IMG/VR virus record: IMGVR_UViG_3300021400_002728
Span: 330,267 to 394,266 of that record
Reading direction: 5' to 3' (one strand)
DNA length: 64,000 nucleotides
Origin: a virus
Taxonomy: Duplodnaviria > Heunggongvirae > Uroviricota > Caudoviricetes
The translations under genes were made by a program, and so were the position numbers. Below are positions 54,777 through 62,623 of this stretch, one piece after another. Each line of letters opens with the position of its first letter. Within the stretch, counting starts at the first letter, position 1. Below the pieces are notes generated by a model. It was not told where the DNA came from. It worked only from the letters and a program-made list of their open reading frames with translations, and ran no database searches.

Positions 54777-54810
54777 ATTATATCATGAGCATAAATAGCT
54801 GTAAATAGTT
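54777..54810 (-). promoter_or_regulatory. Sigma-A type promoter
   Basis: AACTATTTACA-17 nt-TATAAT with extended TG. Confidence 0.8.
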
Positions 54811-54820
54811 TTTTTAATAA

Positions 54821-56083
54821 TTATTCTGGAATATAATCAATATCTAATTTTGAATTAGTAGTTACATTTTTATTATGAATAGTAAAACTAAAATGATCCA
54901 TTCCAATATAAGATCCATCTTTAAGTTTTATATTTGCATAAGTAAAATCATATCCATTCTGTTGTGTCATATATTCACCAGAAGATTCTTTTACTATCTT
55001 TTGCTCCATAATTTCCTGTTCTTCATAATGAATACTATCTTCATCGTATTGATCAAGTTCACTTAATGGAATCTGTCTACCATTTTCATCTACTGGCACA
55101 GTTTCATATTCGCCAGTACCAACTTCGTATACTCTATCCAACATAATTTCAGCTGTCCAAAAATGAGCTTTTTTAGCCATCTTTACAGTATAATATACGA
55201 GTTCTCCGTTTGAATTATATGCACCTTCAATTACTAAATCACTATTAATATCTGTAGTAACTTCAACTGTTTCAATATTTCCATTTTCATCTTCAGATGT
55301 TTCTGTATAGTGAAGTTTTTTATTAATTGCATTTAATTCATCTTGTGTATATTCTAAAGATGCTTCATTAAGTGAAAATTTCCATATATAAGTAGTTCCC
55401 CAAATTTCATTAGTTCTAGTTTCAGATACTAAACTAAATATATCTTTAATATCACCAGACTGTCTACACTCATAATTTGTATTACAGAATTTGATAAGGT
55501 CTTCAAAATTATCAATTGGTCTAATTAGTTCATTTACTTCAATATCCTTAGTTCCAATTCTAAACTTATCAATTGCTGGTACAAACATTGCTAAACTTTC
55601 ATCATTATATTGTGCATTATATTTAAGATCAGATAAATCTAAAGACATATTATAACCTTCACAATAGATATGTTTAGTATTACTAAGCTCATTACGTTCA
55701 TTATCGTCGTCTGTACTAATTATATCGTCTAATATAAAATTATACGGTGCTATTTGTGCGACGGCTACATCATTTATATAAAACTTAGAATCTCTTTCAG
55801 TAGGATAAATATACTTTACATCGCCATAATTAACTACTTCAAGTTCTTTATCATTAGTTAGCTGTTGATTCCATGGATCGTCTTTATCTGGTATAGACGT
55901 AGTTACTGTATATTCTGGTTCAGTAGTTTCATTTGAATTATTATCTTCAGTCTTTTCTTTTATATCATTTTGAGCATAGTTATGCGCAACTGATGTAGAT
56001 TCAACATTATCTTTACCGCATGAAGTTAATCCAAGCATACAGCAAGTAATAAATGCTAATCCTAAACATAATTTCTTTTTCAT
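54821..56083 (-). CDS. Lipoprotein, hypothetical
   Basis: Lipobox LTSC; acidic mature region. Confidence 0.75.
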   Translation of the reverse strand: MKKKLCLGLAFITCCMLGLTSCGKDNVESTSVAHNYAQNDIKEKTEDNNSNETTEPEYTVTTSIPDKDDPWNQQLTNDKELEVVNYGDVKYIYPTERDSKFYINDVAVAQIAPYNFILDDIISTDDDNERNELSNTKHIYCEGYNMSLDLSDLKYNAQYNDESLAMFVPAIDKFRIGTKDIEVNELIRPIDNFEDLIKFCNTNYECRQSGDIKDIFSLVSETRTNEIWGTTYIWKFSLNEASLEYTQDELNAINKKLHYTETSEDENGNIETVEVTTDINSDLVIEGAYNSNGELVYYTVKMAKKAHFWTAEIMLDRVYEVGTGEYETVPVDENGRQIPLSELDQYDEDSIHYEEQEIMEQKIVKESSGEYMTQQNGYDFTYANIKLKDGSYIGMDHFSFTIHNKNVTTNSKLDIDYIPE

Positions 56084-56092
56084 AATGTCACC

Positions 56093-56839
56093 TCATCGAT
56101 ATGTAACGGTGTAGTTATATAAAACACCATTATGAAACTTAAAATAGTAGCCATGGTCACCTAGGTATTTCTCAGATAAAGTTGTGTATTCATATGTTTC
56201 ATCAACATTTGTAACTGCTTCATAAGAGTCATCATAATGACCGTCTTCTGATACTACCTCACCAGATTCGATTTCATCATGTTTTATATCAGATGCTTCT
56301 CCTGCATTTTCTACTAACTGTTCAGGTGTTAAATCAAATGGGCAAGATAGTTTAATAACTTCATTATCTATAACATCAAAATTGATATAGCTAAGTGGAC
56401 ATTCATTTATTGATCTATTTTCATCAGTAAAATTACTGAATGCTACATAAGCTAAATGATCATCATCTATAACAATTTCAAATGTTTCTGATTCATAATT
56501 TGGTCTAATATTATTATTAGCATTAGAAATATCTACAAAAGGAACTTCATTATCAATCATATCTTGAAGAGTACTTTCATTAAATGTGTACTTATGTCCA
56601 TTTATAAGAATAGACATATCATTAAAATCTACATAATTGTCTGATAAACTATCAGCTTCCTGTGGTGCCATACTTGGTATAGATGTAGCAGTAGGAATTT
56701 CAGTAGGTTCTTCTATAGGTTCAGTAGTTACTTCTTCTATAGTAGGTTCAATAACTGGCTCAGTTATCTGAGTTGAACAAGCAGTAAGAACTATAGAAAG
56801 TATCAGAAGTCCAATGACTGCTTTCGATTTATTTTTCAT
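56093..56839 (-). CDS. Lipoprotein, hypothetical
   Basis: Lipobox LTAC; E/P/T linker. Confidence 0.75.
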   Translation of the reverse strand: MKNKSKAVIGLLILSIVLTACSTQITEPVIEPTIEEVTTEPIEEPTEIPTATSIPSMAPQEADSLSDNYVDFNDMSILINGHKYTFNESTLQDMIDNEVPFVDISNANNNIRPNYESETFEIVIDDDHLAYVAFSNFTDENRSINECPLSYINFDVIDNEVIKLSCPFDLTPEQLVENAGEASDIKHDEIESGEVVSEDGHYDDSYEAVTNVDETYEYTTLSEKYLGDHGYYFKFHNGVLYNYTVTYR

Positions 56840-56858
56840 ATAATTTCCACACTCCTAA

Positions 56859-57404
56859 TTAAATAATAATAAGTCCTATATATGTACCAGTAGTAGTTCC
56901 ATCACTAGTAACTACATAGGTTCCAGAACTGATATTCTCAATTCTTTCATCTTTTGCTATAGTTGCATACTTTGGAAGTCTTGCAGGAATAGCAATCTTT
57001 TTATTTCCAATGGCAAGATTATGAATCAATGTATCTTTATCTACAAGATATAATCCAACCTTAGTTTCAATGGGTGCAATAGGAAACTTATCTATAGATG
57101 CAATTACATCTTTAATTGCTGCAGTTGCTTTGATAAGCTTAACCTTTTTCATCTCATCTTTTACAGTATGAGCTGTCTTTCTAATCTCTACTATCTGATC
57201 ATCTAAGAATTTGATTTGTTCATTTGTAGTAGTCAAGAATGTAGTATCATTATGCGCCATATAATTTCGCATAATTCTACATACTTTAAGTCTTTCCTGA
57301 CTAAGCGTATCTAATGAATTTTCATAATCAAGAACGGTCATTCCATCTGATTTGAGCTCTGTGTCTAATGCTCTAAATGCATCTAAAAACTTCTCATTTG
57401 CCAT
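56859..57404 (-). CDS. HEPN-like (RNxxxH) domain with degenerate CBS-like C-terminus
   Basis: FLDAF...RIMRNYMAH, then TVKDEMKKV...AIKDVI...FPIAPI...YIGLI. Confidence 0.45.
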   Translation of the reverse strand: MANEKFLDAFRALDTELKSDGMTVLDYENSLDTLSQERLKVCRIMRNYMAHNDTTFLTTTNEQIKFLDDQIVEIRKTAHTVKDEMKKVKLIKATAAIKDVIASIDKFPIAPIETKVGLYLVDKDTLIHNLAIGNKKIAIPARLPKYATIAKDERIENISSGTYVVTSDGTTTGTYIGLIII

Positions 57405-57433
57405 CTTTATAAATCCTTTCTATTATATTTCTT

Positions 57434-57476
57434 CAAAAAATAACCAAGAGACTATGTTTATAATCACTTGGCTATT
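57434..57476 (-). terminator. Terminator in the leader of the HEPN-like gene
   Basis: AATAGCCAAGTGATTAT-AAAC-ATAGTCTCTTGGTTATT followed by TTTT. Confidence 0.65.
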
Positions 57477-57495
57477 ATTAACTTATATAAGATTA

Positions 57496-57513
57496 TAAAA
57501 TTAAATAGCTCTT
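57496..57513 (-). promoter_or_regulatory. Element-specific box
   Basis: AAGAGCTATTTAATTTTA. Confidence 0.65.
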
Positions 57514-57516
57514 GAT

Positions 57517-57556
57517 AAACAAAAAGACTGACACTTCGTTAAAGTATCAGCCTTTA
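57517..57556 (-). terminator. Terminator after the FtsK-like gene
   Basis: AGGCTGATACTT...AAGTGTCAGTCT followed by TTTTGTTT. Confidence 0.75.
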
Positions 57557-57559
57557 TTA

Positions 57560-58180
57560 TCAACCATTCTTAAAGAAATTAAAGTTAGTGATGTTAGTAG
57601 CATTGTCTAAATAACCTTCTCCTAACTTTCCATTTAAATCTAAAGTTTCAAACATTTGTTCAAACATACCATCTACAGTCTTACCTAGAACAATTTTATT
57701 TTGAATATACTTAACTATATCATATGAAAATGCTTTATCTGACTGCGCAGTTAATATACAATCAATCTTAACACTAGGTCCAAGTTTAATAATAGTTTCT
57801 ATCATTCCAGTAACTGCTTCAGCTAATTCATCATTATCTTCATTTATAATATATTCATCAAATGAATCAATTACAGTTACAATATAACCATGTTCATCTA
57901 AAGATTTACCATTTTTAATCCATTCATATCTACGCATTACTTCTGGTAAAATAAGCTGTTTTAATTCTATTGAAATATCTTCTAGAGATCTAGCACTAGT
58001 TTTGAAATCTAAATAGTTATCATTTCCAGTAAAAATACTAATTGTATTTGTATGTTCGTTATTAAGTTTATATTGCTTTATTATGTTTTTAACAAGAGTT
58101 GTTTTACCTGAACCTGGTAATCCAACTATTATAGTAGAACCAGGATCTAGGCTTACAATCTTTGTACCTATTTCTATCAT
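57560..58180 (-). CDS. Small FtsK/SpoIIIE-like P-loop ATPase without TM
   Basis: GLPGSGKT, EVMRRY, VIDSF, KLGPSVKIDCILTAQ and GEGYL; start moved to MIEIG after AGGAG. Confidence 0.6.
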   Translation of the reverse strand: MIEIGTKIVSLDPGSTIIVGLPGSGKTTLVKNIIKQYKLNNEHTNTISIFTGNDNYLDFKTSARSLEDISIELKQLILPEVMRRYEWIKNGKSLDEHGYIVTVIDSFDEYIINEDNDELAEAVTGMIETIIKLGPSVKIDCILTAQSDKAFSYDIVKYIQNKIVLGKTVDGMFEQMFETLDLNGKLGEGYLDNATNITNFNFFKNG

Positions 58181-58192
58181 AAGCGAACTCCT

Positions 58193-58224
58193 AATAAAAA
58201 TGGCTACCCATTTCTGAGTAGCCA
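58193..58224 (-). terminator. Terminator
   Basis: TGGCTAC...GTAGCCA followed by TTTTTATT. Confidence 0.7.
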
Positions 58225-58240
58225 CAGTAAAACATTATCA

Positions 58241-58564
58241 TTAAGAGCATAACAGCTCTAACTGATTTTTAGCTTTTTCTGGAATATTGGTTCTAAGAAT
58301 TGATGCAGTAACTAAATCTTGATCTATACATTCTCGATTATCATATAAGAATGCTTCACCAATTATTGCAGAATCATGATCATCTTCAGGTGTAGGATAT
58401 ACACCTGGGTAGAAAATTATTGAATCTTCTGACATATCATGTGATTTTCCAAATAATACTTCAGGATTACTTTCCCATTTAGTACTTATCAAAAATTCAA
58501 AGAAAAATCCATCCTCTGTAGCTAAATAATGATTAGGATTAATTTTTTCAATATTCCAACTCAT
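58241..58564 (-). CDS. Hypothetical protein
   Basis: GAGGAG SD. Confidence 0.6.
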   Translation of the reverse strand: MSWNIEKINPNHYLATEDGFFFEFLISTKWESNPEVLFGKSHDMSEDSIIFYPGVYPTPEDDHDSAIIGEAFLYDNRECIDQDLVTASILRTNIPEKAKNQLELLCS

Positions 58565-58566
58565 AT

Positions 58567-59151
58567 TTACTCCTCTGTACTTATGTTTTCATTAACGTCT
58601 TCTACTGTTTTATCAGTAGGTTCATCAGAAGAAATATCAGTTTCTACTTCGCCAGGTTCAGTAATATCTTCTCTAGTACCGTCAAATTCTGTTACTGTAA
58701 TAGATCCATCATTACTAGCTTTTACAATAATAATAAGATCATTTTTAGCAGATGTAGCATGTCTTTCTGTTTTATATTCACCTACAAATGCATAAGACAT
58801 AGCATCTTCTTCAGTTTTAGTACCAAGTAAAATATACACATTATATCCAGCTTCATCTGCAGCGCTAGCATATTCAATAATAGATCTAGCATTATCAGAA
58901 TCAATACCTTCAAATACATCTATAAATGCACCAGTTCTTCCTGCAACTGGTACCCATTCATTAAGAACTTCGCCAGTATTTTCATCAACAACTAGCTTGT
59001 CAGGTGTACCAATATCGGCTACATTTACGACAGAATCTTTTACTGAAGCAGTATTCTCTACTGTAGATATTTTCTTTTCTTCTGTTTTACCACATGCTGC
59101 TAATGAACATACTAGTACTGTACTAAGCAGCATTACTACAAATTTCTTCAT
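58567..59151 (-). CDS. Lipoprotein, hypothetical
   Basis: Lipobox LAAC. Confidence 0.75.
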   Translation of the reverse strand: MKKFVVMLLSTVLVCSLAACGKTEEKKISTVENTASVKDSVVNVADIGTPDKLVVDENTGEVLNEWVPVAGRTGAFIDVFEGIDSDNARSIIEYASAADEAGYNVYILLGTKTEEDAMSYAFVGEYKTERHATSAKNDLIIIVKASNDGSITVTEFDGTREDITEPGEVETDISSDEPTDKTVEDVNENISTEE

Positions 59152-59180
59152 TTTTAAAAATTCCTTTCATATTTTTTACT

Positions 59181-59214
59181 ATTATATCACAGATTAGATA
59201 AAAAGTAAATAGTT
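59181..59214 (-). promoter_or_regulatory. Sigma-A type promoter
   Basis: AACTATTTACT-17 nt-TATAAT with extended TG. Confidence 0.75.
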
Positions 59215-60373
59215 AGTGTAATTCTTTGTAGTCCCAATCTTTTACTAAACCCTTAGCTTGCAATTCAGGATCTTGAATCATTTTATTAATTTCTTTAGAA
59301 AGGTTAGCATCAGGATCATCAAGAAGTTCTACTAGTCTAGCAGTAATCTCATCTTCAAAGAGTAAGAATTGAGTATCTACTAAGTATTTACCATTACTCT
59401 TAAGCATTTTCTGTGAAAGAATAATATTAAGCTGAAGAATAAGGTCAAGTGACAAATTTTTATCATTATCAAGGTGATATAAAAGTCTGTTAACTGTACC
59501 TGCAACATCAGAAGCATGGAAAGTTGTACTAGTAACATGACCTGTACGAGCTGCTTCAATAGCTGCACAAATAACTTCTTTATCTCTACACTCACCTACA
59601 ATAATGATATTAGGGTGTTCACGAAGAGCGGCCTTAATACCCATACCAAATGTTAAGAAATCTTTACCTAATTCTTTTTGGCTAATCTTTACACTATCAG
59701 TACTATTAAAAATATTTTCAATAGGATCTTCAAGTGTGATAAAAACTTTATTATCTAGTATCTCCCCTGGCTGAGTAAATGTGTTAATACATGCAGCCAT
59801 AGTAGTTGATTTACCAGAACCAGTAGGACCTGTTTCATAACAAATACCAGATGACTTTTTATATGCCCGTCTAAGTGCTTCTATACATTTCTCATTATAA
59901 TTAATTGTGTCAAATGTTGGCTGATCAGGTTTAATCATTCTGAATGTAGCAACGTTCTTTTCTTCTGAGAATCCAAAAGAAACACGATAACGATATACAT
60001 TATTCGGATATTTACCATAGTTAGGACTAGTTTCAGGAACTCTGACTGCAACTGATGTATCAAGAAGTTTCTGTCTAACATAACCAGCATTCAACTCATT
60101 AAGAATATACTTATCATAGAAGATTGACCATGTATCTTTTGAAATTGGCGCACAGGGAACTCTTACAATACGACCAAATCTTGAAATATAAGGATAGTCA
60201 AATGTTTTTATATATAAGTCTGAACAGTTATGTTCAGTAGTAAAGATGAGTAAATCCTCAATAGACATAGATTGTTTATTAAGCGCAAGTATATCTGCGT
60301 TAGGATTTTCTGGTGTAGATTCCTTAATTTCTTCATCTTTTGGTTTTATATTTAACTTCAATACCTCTGACAT
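59213..60373 (-). CDS. PilT/DotB/VirB11-family secretion ATPase
   Basis: SDLYI, GPTGSGKSTT, ITLEDPIE, ALREHPNIIIVGECRD and TGH...TFH motifs. Confidence 0.88.
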   Translation of the reverse strand: MSEVLKLNIKPKDEEIKESTPENPNADILALNKQSMSIEDLLIFTTEHNCSDLYIKTFDYPYISRFGRIVRVPCAPISKDTWSIFYDKYILNELNAGYVRQKLLDTSVAVRVPETSPNYGKYPNNVYRYRVSFGFSEEKNVATFRMIKPDQPTFDTINYNEKCIEALRRAYKKSSGICYETGPTGSGKSTTMAACINTFTQPGEILDNKVFITLEDPIENIFNSTDSVKISQKELGKDFLTFGMGIKAALREHPNIIIVGECRDKEVICAAIEAARTGHVTSTTFHASDVAGTVNRLLYHLDNDKNLSLDLILQLNIILSQKMLKSNGKYLVDTQFLLFEDEITARLVELLDDPDANLSKEINKMIQDPELQAKGLVKDWDYKELH

Positions 60374-60385
60374 GTGATCACCTCA

Positions 60386-61714
60386 TTATAAGTCTTCACC
60401 AATAGCAGGAGACCAAATAGGTTTGCCATTAGCAGTTGAAAGTCCTTCTGTATCACCTACAGTTGCACCAGAATTCTGCTGGAAGCTAAGCGGGAACATA
60501 AGAGGTCCAGTATGTAAGAACTTCTTAGGCTTCTTATTGATATAATTATCAAGGAAGTCAAGCGCCTGAGTAAGTGATTTAGAAACAAGAATATTTCTAT
60601 CCTTACATTCAGTAATAAGATTCATTACACGCTGTTTAAGCTCAGACTTAGACTCAGCATAAATAAGAATTGAGCAGTTAAACTGACATAATACAGTACC
60701 AGCTTCGAGATCCTGAATAGCCATAGTAGCAATATCAATGCTATTCTGTGTCTCTTCAATAGACTCAATTTCGGCACCTGCGTCAATAGCCTGATCACGC
60801 TCATATCTATCGGATGCTCTAGTTCTTTTTAACTTAAGCATAGCATCTTCTTTCTTAAGACACTGAATTGTTGTAACGACATTAGGATAATCCATAGGGA
60901 AGTTACAAGTTGAAATCTGAGGTGGAAATGCCTGAATATCAAGCATACAACCATAAGTTGTCTGAGGATCAAGACCAAAAATGTCCATACCTTCATTATG
61001 CATCTCAAACCAACCAAAATTATCAGATACAGTCTGAGTTACTGCTCCCATAATCGCAGTATAAGTCTTCTCACTAATATAAGAAAGTCTGTCATAAGAA
61101 ATCTCATAACATGGGAATACTTTACTTACAAAGTTATAGAAAACTAATTCCTTAGAAGCACGAACACATTTATAGTTAATTGTTCTATAAATGTTCTCTT
61201 CAATCTTCATAATCTTCTCTGGATCAGCTTTAAGGTTACCGAGACCTGCAAACTTATTAGCAGCATTCTTAGCAATAGCTTTAGCTGTATCTAAAAGGGT
61301 AAATTCTTCAACATCAGTAACAGTAGTCTGCTGAATATCAATACCAAGCATACAATAAGACTGAAGATCATCTCTTACATTTTTAGTAAACTCAGGTGGC
61401 ATATCATAATCTTCACGATAGATCTTAATGGTATTGTAAAGATTTTCAAGTACGTCTCTACGTCTAATAGTCTTCTCAATACGTTCAATCGTAAACTGAA
61501 CCGTAGGATTATTAGTAGTAAGGTTAGCAATCATATTAGTAATTTGCTGAACTGTACTATGTACTCCACCAGGTGAGTTTGTTGAGTAATTTGATAATGG
61601 AATTACATAAAAAGCTGTAATAACACCATTATTATAGAGAATGTTATCGCCAATAATGTCAATAGTATTTTGAACTCTGACATTTGTTCTAGCGGAAGTG
61701 TCTTGTTTAGCCAT
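60386..61714 (-). CDS. VirB4/TcpF-like N-terminal domain protein without ATPase motifs
   Basis: IGDNILY...AFYVIP start and position directly after the TcpE-like gene; no Walker A found in 442 aa. Confidence 0.5.
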   Translation of the reverse strand: MAKQDTSARTNVRVQNTIDIIGDNILYNNGVITAFYVIPLSNYSTNSPGGVHSTVQQITNMIANLTTNNPTVQFTIERIEKTIRRRDVLENLYNTIKIYREDYDMPPEFTKNVRDDLQSYCMLGIDIQQTTVTDVEEFTLLDTAKAIAKNAANKFAGLGNLKADPEKIMKIEENIYRTINYKCVRASKELVFYNFVSKVFPCYEISYDRLSYISEKTYTAIMGAVTQTVSDNFGWFEMHNEGMDIFGLDPQTTYGCMLDIQAFPPQISTCNFPMDYPNVVTTIQCLKKEDAMLKLKRTRASDRYERDQAIDAGAEIESIEETQNSIDIATMAIQDLEAGTVLCQFNCSILIYAESKSELKQRVMNLITECKDRNILVSKSLTQALDFLDNYINKKPKKFLHTGPLMFPLSFQQNSGATVGDTEGLSTANGKPIWSPAIGEDL

Positions 61715-61732
61715 ATTATCTAATTTCCTTTC

Positions 61733-62134
61733 TTATAGAATATTACGCACAAATCCTTTGAATTTTACATTAGTCAAATGAAATTCAGAATGTTTGAAGT
61801 CGTTCATATAAACTTTCTTTGGCTTAAAGTATGCAGCAAGATATTGATATAATCTATAACCAGCAAACTGAATATACCATAATGCACAACCGGCACCAAT
61901 ACCTAAAGCTGTCCAAAAGATTGTCCAAGCTGGCTTAAAATGTCCACCAAATGGATTAAAGAAACTAATTCCGAACGGAATTCCTAAAACTACACCAATA
62001 GCAATAACTACAATTGCAGCAGGTGCAACAACTTTAAGAAATTCAACTGAAAAACCACCGGCAATATTATAACCACCTACATTATAGATTTTTGTATCTC
62101 TTTTCTGAAGAGATGAATAGTTGTACAGAATCAT
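61733..62134 (-). CDS. TcpE/VirB3-like membrane protein
   Basis: YNYS...KIYNVGG, two TM segments, then GYRLYQYL...YFKPKK. Confidence 0.6.
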   Translation of the reverse strand: MILYNYSSLQKRDTKIYNVGGYNIAGGFSVEFLKVVAPAAIVVIAIGVVLGIPFGISFFNPFGGHFKPAWTIFWTALGIGAGCALWYIQFAGYRLYQYLAAYFKPKKVYMNDFKHSEFHLTNVKFKGFVRNIL

Positions 62135-62146
62135 AATTTACCTCCT

Positions 62147-62174
62147 AAATAAAAAGCTGATCTTTTGATCAGCT
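62147..62174 (-). terminator. Terminator immediately upstream of the TcpE-like gene
   Basis: AGCTGATC-AAAA-GATCAGCT followed by TTTTATTT. Confidence 0.75.
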
Positions 62175-62198
62175 AATAGTACAATTTATATATTTGGA

Positions 62199-62567
62199 TT
62201 AATAATCATCCAATCTTGGTCTAACTATCTGTTCAAATTGAACGTATACTTGTGGGAAATTACCACGTAGATACTGTAAAATGTCATGATAAACATTTTG
62301 TTTTGGATTGTCTGCAAATGCAGATAATTGTCGATTTAATCTTTCTACATATTGCTGAAATTCTCTCTTATTTGACTCAATCTTGCTACAAGTTTTCATT
62401 CCAACTTTGCAAGTCTCGACATTTCCCCAATTGAATCGTTTTACAATTTTTGGATCTGGAAGATTTAATCTGTCTAAGATTTCGTCAATTCGTTGCATTG
62501 CCTGTACTTTTCTACCACGTCTTTGGTATGTACATGACATACACATCGGATTAAGTTTATCCAACAT
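62199..62567 (-). CDS. Hypothetical basic protein, first gene after a box
   Basis: AAGGAG SD; CxxC...C...C residues. Confidence 0.65.
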   Translation of the reverse strand: MLDKLNPMCMSCTYQRRGRKVQAMQRIDEILDRLNLPDPKIVKRFNWGNVETCKVGMKTCSKIESNKREFQQYVERLNRQLSAFADNPKQNVYHDILQYLRGNFPQVYVQFEQIVRPRLDDY

Positions 62568-62605
62568 TTTATCATCTCCTTTTTACAAAATAGTACGTTT
62601 CCATA

Positions 62606-62623
62606 TATTATTAAATAGCACTT
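62606..62623 (-). promoter_or_regulatory. Element-specific box upstream of the TcpE/VirB4-N/PilT operon
   Basis: AAGTGCTATTTAATAATA. Confidence 0.65.

Noticed and set aside
5642-61017. Short minus-strand ORFs nested out of frame in larger genes (e.g. 5642, 7345, 10473, 33621, 47936, 60829)
   Set aside because: They overlap better-supported genes and have no independent evidence.
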